Origin: a virus
DNA length: 64,000 nucleotides
Virus record (IMG/VR): IMGVR_UViG_3300025467_000013
Span: 11,638 to 75,637 of that record
Strand: one strand, 5' to 3'
Part shown: positions 60,301-64,000 of the stretch, in pieces
How the letters are laid out: each line of letters opens with the position of its first letter
How positions within the stretch are numbered: the first letter of the stretch is position 1
Made by a program: the position numbers and the translations under genes
The notes under the pieces: generated by a model
Told to the model about the DNA's origin: nothing
Databases searched by the model: none
What the model saw: only the letters and a program-made list of their open reading frames with translations

Positions 60301-61215
60301 ATGTCAGTAAACCAATTAGCACTCAGATCTGAATATGGATTTATTTCGCCGGGATTCACGGTCGATGCTAACGGAAACGTTAACATCGCAGGTCAGTTCC
60401 AAGTTAACGGCGTTCCTATTAGCGCATCTACTACTTCGTTACCGAGTAATATTGTTAGTAGCGGGTTAACCCAGTTAGGTACACTTTTATCATTAACTGT
60501 ACAAGGAAATATATCAGCAAGTACCGGTACTATTCAGTTAAATGCAACTAATACACTTGGATTAACATCAACCGGCTCGCTTACAATAACTTCGGGGGCA
60601 AACGGGACTGTAAGTATTGGAACAGGTACAAACGGTTCGATAACAATTGCATCAAACGCAACTGGATATATGGACAATGTTGCAATTGGTTTAACTACCG
60701 CCCAATCTGCTAAGTTTACGAATGTTACTATTTCAGGAACATTAACGGACAGTTCGAGTATTCCCTATGTAAAAAATAATCCAAGCAGCACAGGTACGTT
60801 AGATAATACAAATATCGGAACTGTATCTCCAAAAGCCGGAACATTTACTGCATTAACTGCAACTACTAATGTTGCTCTTTCGCCGTCGACTACTGGAGCA
60901 ATTAATAACATAAATATTGGTGCTACAACAGCAGGTACTGGTAGATTTAGCACATTAGCTAGCACAGGCGTATTTTCATTAACAGCTACATCAGCAACCC
61001 ACACAATTAGTTCAACCACAGCATCGACTTCAGCATTAACAGGCGCATTAGTCGTGACGGGTGGAATTGGAGTAAGCGATTCAGTAAATATAACAGGAAA
61101 TCTAACGATCGGTGGAATAGCAACACAATCGACATTACCAACATCTTCTAGTCATCTTACAAACAAACGGTATGTTGACACAAAATCAATAGCAATTGCA
61201 ATAGCAATGTCATAA
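60301..61215 (+). CDS. Fibre-like structural protein
   Basis: IDN..IG.T.P..G.FT repeats, TGALVVTGGIGV, LTNKRYVD..SIAIAIAMS. Confidence 0.65.
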   Translation: MSVNQLALRSEYGFISPGFTVDANGNVNIAGQFQVNGVPISASTTSLPSNIVSSGLTQLGTLLSLTVQGNISASTGTIQLNATNTLGLTSTGSLTITSGANGTVSIGTGTNGSITIASNATGYMDNVAIGLTTAQSAKFTNVTISGTLTDSSSIPYVKNNPSSTGTLDNTNIGTVSPKAGTFTALTATTNVALSPSTTGAINNINIGATTAGTGRFSTLASTGVFSLTATSATHTISSTTASTSALTGALVVTGGIGVSDSVNITGNLTIGGIATQSTLPTSSSHLTNKRYVDTKSIAIAIAMS

Positions 61216-61226
61216 AGGAATTAATA

Positions 61227-64000
61227 ATGGCAAAACAACTTATAAAAACTTATGTTTTTACACCCGGGGTAGCAGGCATAGGAAATATTCAAGTCCCAGG
61301 GAGATGGGATCTAAGTAGATTTCTAGTTATAACAAATGTAACGAGAAATCAAATTCTTTATAATTTTGCTGACCCTAGTTCAAGCGGAACAGCAGTTTTT
61401 ACAGCAGGTAACAACACTTACTTCCCGTTCCAAACACAGGACAGTGATGGCTATACTACATTTACATTTACCGGTGTTAATACTGCTACCTATTTAAGCA
61501 CAGATATTATTCAAATTTTCGTAGATGTTGCCGAGCAAACTATTCGTCCATGGCCTTTTGGTACAGACGCTATTGAACGTATGCGTGTCGCTAGTCCACA
61601 GTCGATGCTTGATGCAGACTTTGAATATGGACTACAGCCGACAAAATGGTTAACAATTAGTCAGCTACGAGGATATCCTTCGACTTACGAAATTCCCGGG
61701 TCTGATACTCCAGTAACATCAATCACAACAGACGCTTCTGCACCATATGGATATGCTGGAGCATCATTAATTACAGTAACAACAGCATCTGCACACGGAT
61801 TCTCAGTTCTTACTCCAGTTAATATTAAAGGACTTTTAAACACAGTTCCGTTTTTTAGCAGAGCTGAAGGATCATTTATAATTTATAGTGTTCCGACACC
61901 TACCTCTTTTACTTACTACGCTAAAAACAAAGTAGGTATTAATAACGGTGATAGCTTGATGACCGGTGTTGTACAATTAAGAAAAGAAGCATATTATACC
62001 GGAGCATCAATCGGCTCAGCTGGACCAACCGTTACATATCAAAATGGCGCAGGGCTTAACGGATATGCATTAATAACGCTAACATTGTCATATCCTCACG
62101 GATTTGTACCAGGGGATACTATTCTTGTTACTATTTCGTCAGACAACGGGACAAATAATCATATATTAGCAAATGGTTCATTCTGGGTAGAACAGATCAA
62201 TAGTAACAACAGTATATCATATACTGCTCGTGATACAGGAACAATTACAGGTACTATTATAGCATCAAATGTTTATGCAAGACCTGACTCATATTATGTC
62301 CATAGACCACTTGACGGCGGGGTTGCACTTGGTACCGGCGGCCCGGCTCACGGGGCACATGCAATTCGTCAAAGTAAAAAATACATTAGATATCAATCAG
62401 GTAAAGGCATCATGTATAATACAGGTGCATTATTTGCTCCTAACTACGATATTAGATCTATTTCAGCATCGGGTACTGCTATAGGAAGCACTATCACTGT
62501 TGTTACTGATAATTTAGATCACGGTTTACAAGCAGGATGTACTGTAAATATTACCGGAATACTTACTAGTGGATATAATGGTCAATATGTAGTGACAAGT
62601 ATTGTTGACGAAAGAACGTTTACTGTTACTGCTTATCAAACATTAGCACTTACTACAGGAACACTTGGAACTCCGTGTGTTGTTAATAGTGTAAGTTGGA
62701 GTGGTTCAACTGTTCGTGCAGGAACTTTTGACGATCAAAATGGTATGTATTGGATGTTCGATGGCCTATACATGTACGTCGGACGAAGAACAGCAACTTT
62801 CCAAGTTGCAGGAACAATGGCAGTAACTCCGGATTCAAACAGTATTGTAGGAACTGGTACAAGATTCCAAGACCAATTAAAAGCAGGCGATCGACTTGTA
62901 ATTAAAGGAATGACACATATTGTTTCATATATTCAATCGCAAACACAGCTATATGTAACACCTGATTATCGCGGTGCAACTGCATATACTGGAATAATCG
63001 GTGCTGCTGTTAAAGATATTATCGTGCCTCAGTTCCAATGGAATGTTGATCGTTGCGACGGTAGCGGTAGCTCATTTAACCCGAGCGGATATAACCTAAT
63101 TCCATATAAAATGCAAATGATCGGTATGCAGTGGTCGTGGTACGGTGCGGGATTTATCGAATTCTTTATTAGAGGCCCAGAATCGAAGTTTATTTTAGTT
63201 CATAGAATGAAACAAAGCAACGTTAATAACGAAGCGTATATGAGATCAGGAAACCAACCGGTACGTTATGAAGTTATTAACGAAGGTGTAAGGACGTCAT
63301 TAGTGAACCCAATTGGGCCAACTGATTCATCATTTACAGTTCCGATTACCGATGCATATAGATTCCCACCATCTGGTACAGTATATATCGATAACGAATT
63401 GATTTCCTATACCTCAGTTAATTCCTCAACAGGTGTTATTAGTGGATTAACTAGAGCATCAACTTTGACAAACTTCTCCGGCGGTGCTACTCGATCATAT
63501 ACTGCAATGCCTGCTGCTTCGCACAATGCAGGCGTTGGCGTTATTTTAGCAAGCATCACTGCAACTCCGCAAATCAGTCACTGGGGATCTGCGTTTATGA
63601 CAGACGGTAACTTTGATGCAGATCGCGGATATATTTTCAACTTTCAACAAACAAACGTTTCTGCAACACCAAATCGTTCTGCGGCATTTGCAATTCGTTT
63701 AGCACCTAGCGTTTCAAATGGCCAGGTTGGTGATTTAGGCGATAGAGAATTGATCAATAGAGCTCAGTTACTTCTGCAAACTATTGAAATTACTGCGGGT
63801 ACTGCGGGTACTAACTCTGCGTTTGTCGTCGAAGGAGTTCTTAATCCACAGAATTACAATTCTGCAACATGGATATCGTTATATTCGTCAGTTAACACAC
63901 TTAGTACACCGGGCGGACAACCAAGTTTTGCACAAGTTGCTACTGGTAACTCTATAACATGGAATAATTCTCTTAACTCAACCTTTGCAGCATCGGCAAC
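61227..64000 (+). CDS. Large virion structural protein, partial; runs off the right edge
   Basis: AAGGA RBS and ATG at 61227: MAKQLIKTYVFTPGVAGIG...GTDAIERMRVASPQSMLDADFEYGLQPTKW...RQSKKYIRYQSGKG. Its absence from the ORF track implies no stop in the window. Confidence 0.75.
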   Translation, partial: MAKQLIKTYVFTPGVAGIGNIQVPGRWDLSRFLVITNVTRNQILYNFADPSSSGTAVFTAGNNTYFPFQTQDSDGYTTFTFTGVNTATYLSTDIIQIFVDVAEQTIRPWPFGTDAIERMRVASPQSMLDADFEYGLQPTKWLTISQLRGYPSTYEIPGSDTPVTSITTDASAPYGYAGASLITVTTASAHGFSVLTPVNIKGLLNTVPFFSRAEGSFIIYSVPTPTSFTYYAKNKVGINNGDSLMTGVVQLRKEAYYTGASIGSAGPTVTYQNGAGLNGYALITLTLSYPHGFVPGDTILVTISSDNGTNNHILANGSFWVEQINSNNSISYTARDTGTITGTIIASNVYARPDSYYVHRPLDGGVALGTGGPAHGAHAIRQSKKYIRYQSGKGIMYNTGALFAPNYDIRSISASGTAIGSTITVVTDNLDHGLQAGCTVNITGILTSGYNGQYVVTSIVDERTFTVTAYQTLALTTGTLGTPCVVNSVSWSGSTVRAGTFDDQNGMYWMFDGLYMYVGRRTATFQVAGTMAVTPDSNSIVGTGTRFQDQLKAGDRLVIKGMTHIVSYIQSQTQLYVTPDYRGATAYTGIIGAAVKDIIVPQFQWNVDRCDGSGSSFNPSGYNLIPYKMQMIGMQWSWYGAGFIEFFIRGPESKFILVHRMKQSNVNNEAYMRSGNQPVRYEVINEGVRTSLVNPIGPTDSSFTVPITDAYRFPPSGTVYIDNELISYTSVNSSTGVISGLTRASTLTNFSGGATRSYTAMPAASHNAGVGVILASITATPQISHWGSAFMTDGNFDADRGYIFNFQQTNVSATPNRSAAFAIRLAPSVSNGQVGDLGDRELINRAQLLLQTIEITAGTAGTNSAFVVEGVLNPQNYNSATWISLYSSVNTLSTPGGQPSFAQVATGNSITWNNSLNSTFAASA

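Noticed and set aside
1447-62484. Numerous short antisense or alternate-frame ORFs in the track (e.g. 9161-9562, 21152-21538, 27805-28188, 51851-52378)
   Set aside because: They lie within or opposite long, well-supported genes and reflect codon bias of the real strand
1-64000. Alternative genetic code (stop-codon reassignment seen in some large phages)
   Set aside because: Core genes are full length in the standard code, and TAA, TGA and TAG all act as stops

Overview
The window is part of an AT-rich, T4-like (jumbo) myophage genome, read in the standard genetic code, and covers most of its morphogenesis region. Left to right: (1) a minus-strand baseplate operon (partial giant wedge protein running off the left edge, gp6, gp25, gp5, a hub protein, gp53, a tube-initiator-like protein); (2) a plus-strand block with the late sigma factor gp55, two small paralogous ORFs, gp47/gp46 (Mre11/Rad50), a small basic protein and a GIY-YIG nuclease; (3) an unannotated ~510-nt non-coding segment (about 18780-19285) that folds by eye into a densely paired, multi-pseudoknot RNA on the + strand, the most striking element here; (4) a gp26-like tail chaperone with an apparent programmed -1 frameshift, divergent from a tape-measure gene; (5) head genes (portal, acidic core protein, protease, scaffold, major capsid); (6) a long fibre/decoration region, including a 2487-aa protein made of nested repeat domains inserted into a small beta-sandwich protein, three RCC1-repeat proteins, a sulfotransferase and a partial ORF running off the right edge. 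T4-type late promoters (NATAAATA), a sigma70-type promoter for gp55, several intrinsic terminators and two structured late-gene 5' leaders are also visible. All family assignments come from motif recognition; no searches or folding programs were run.
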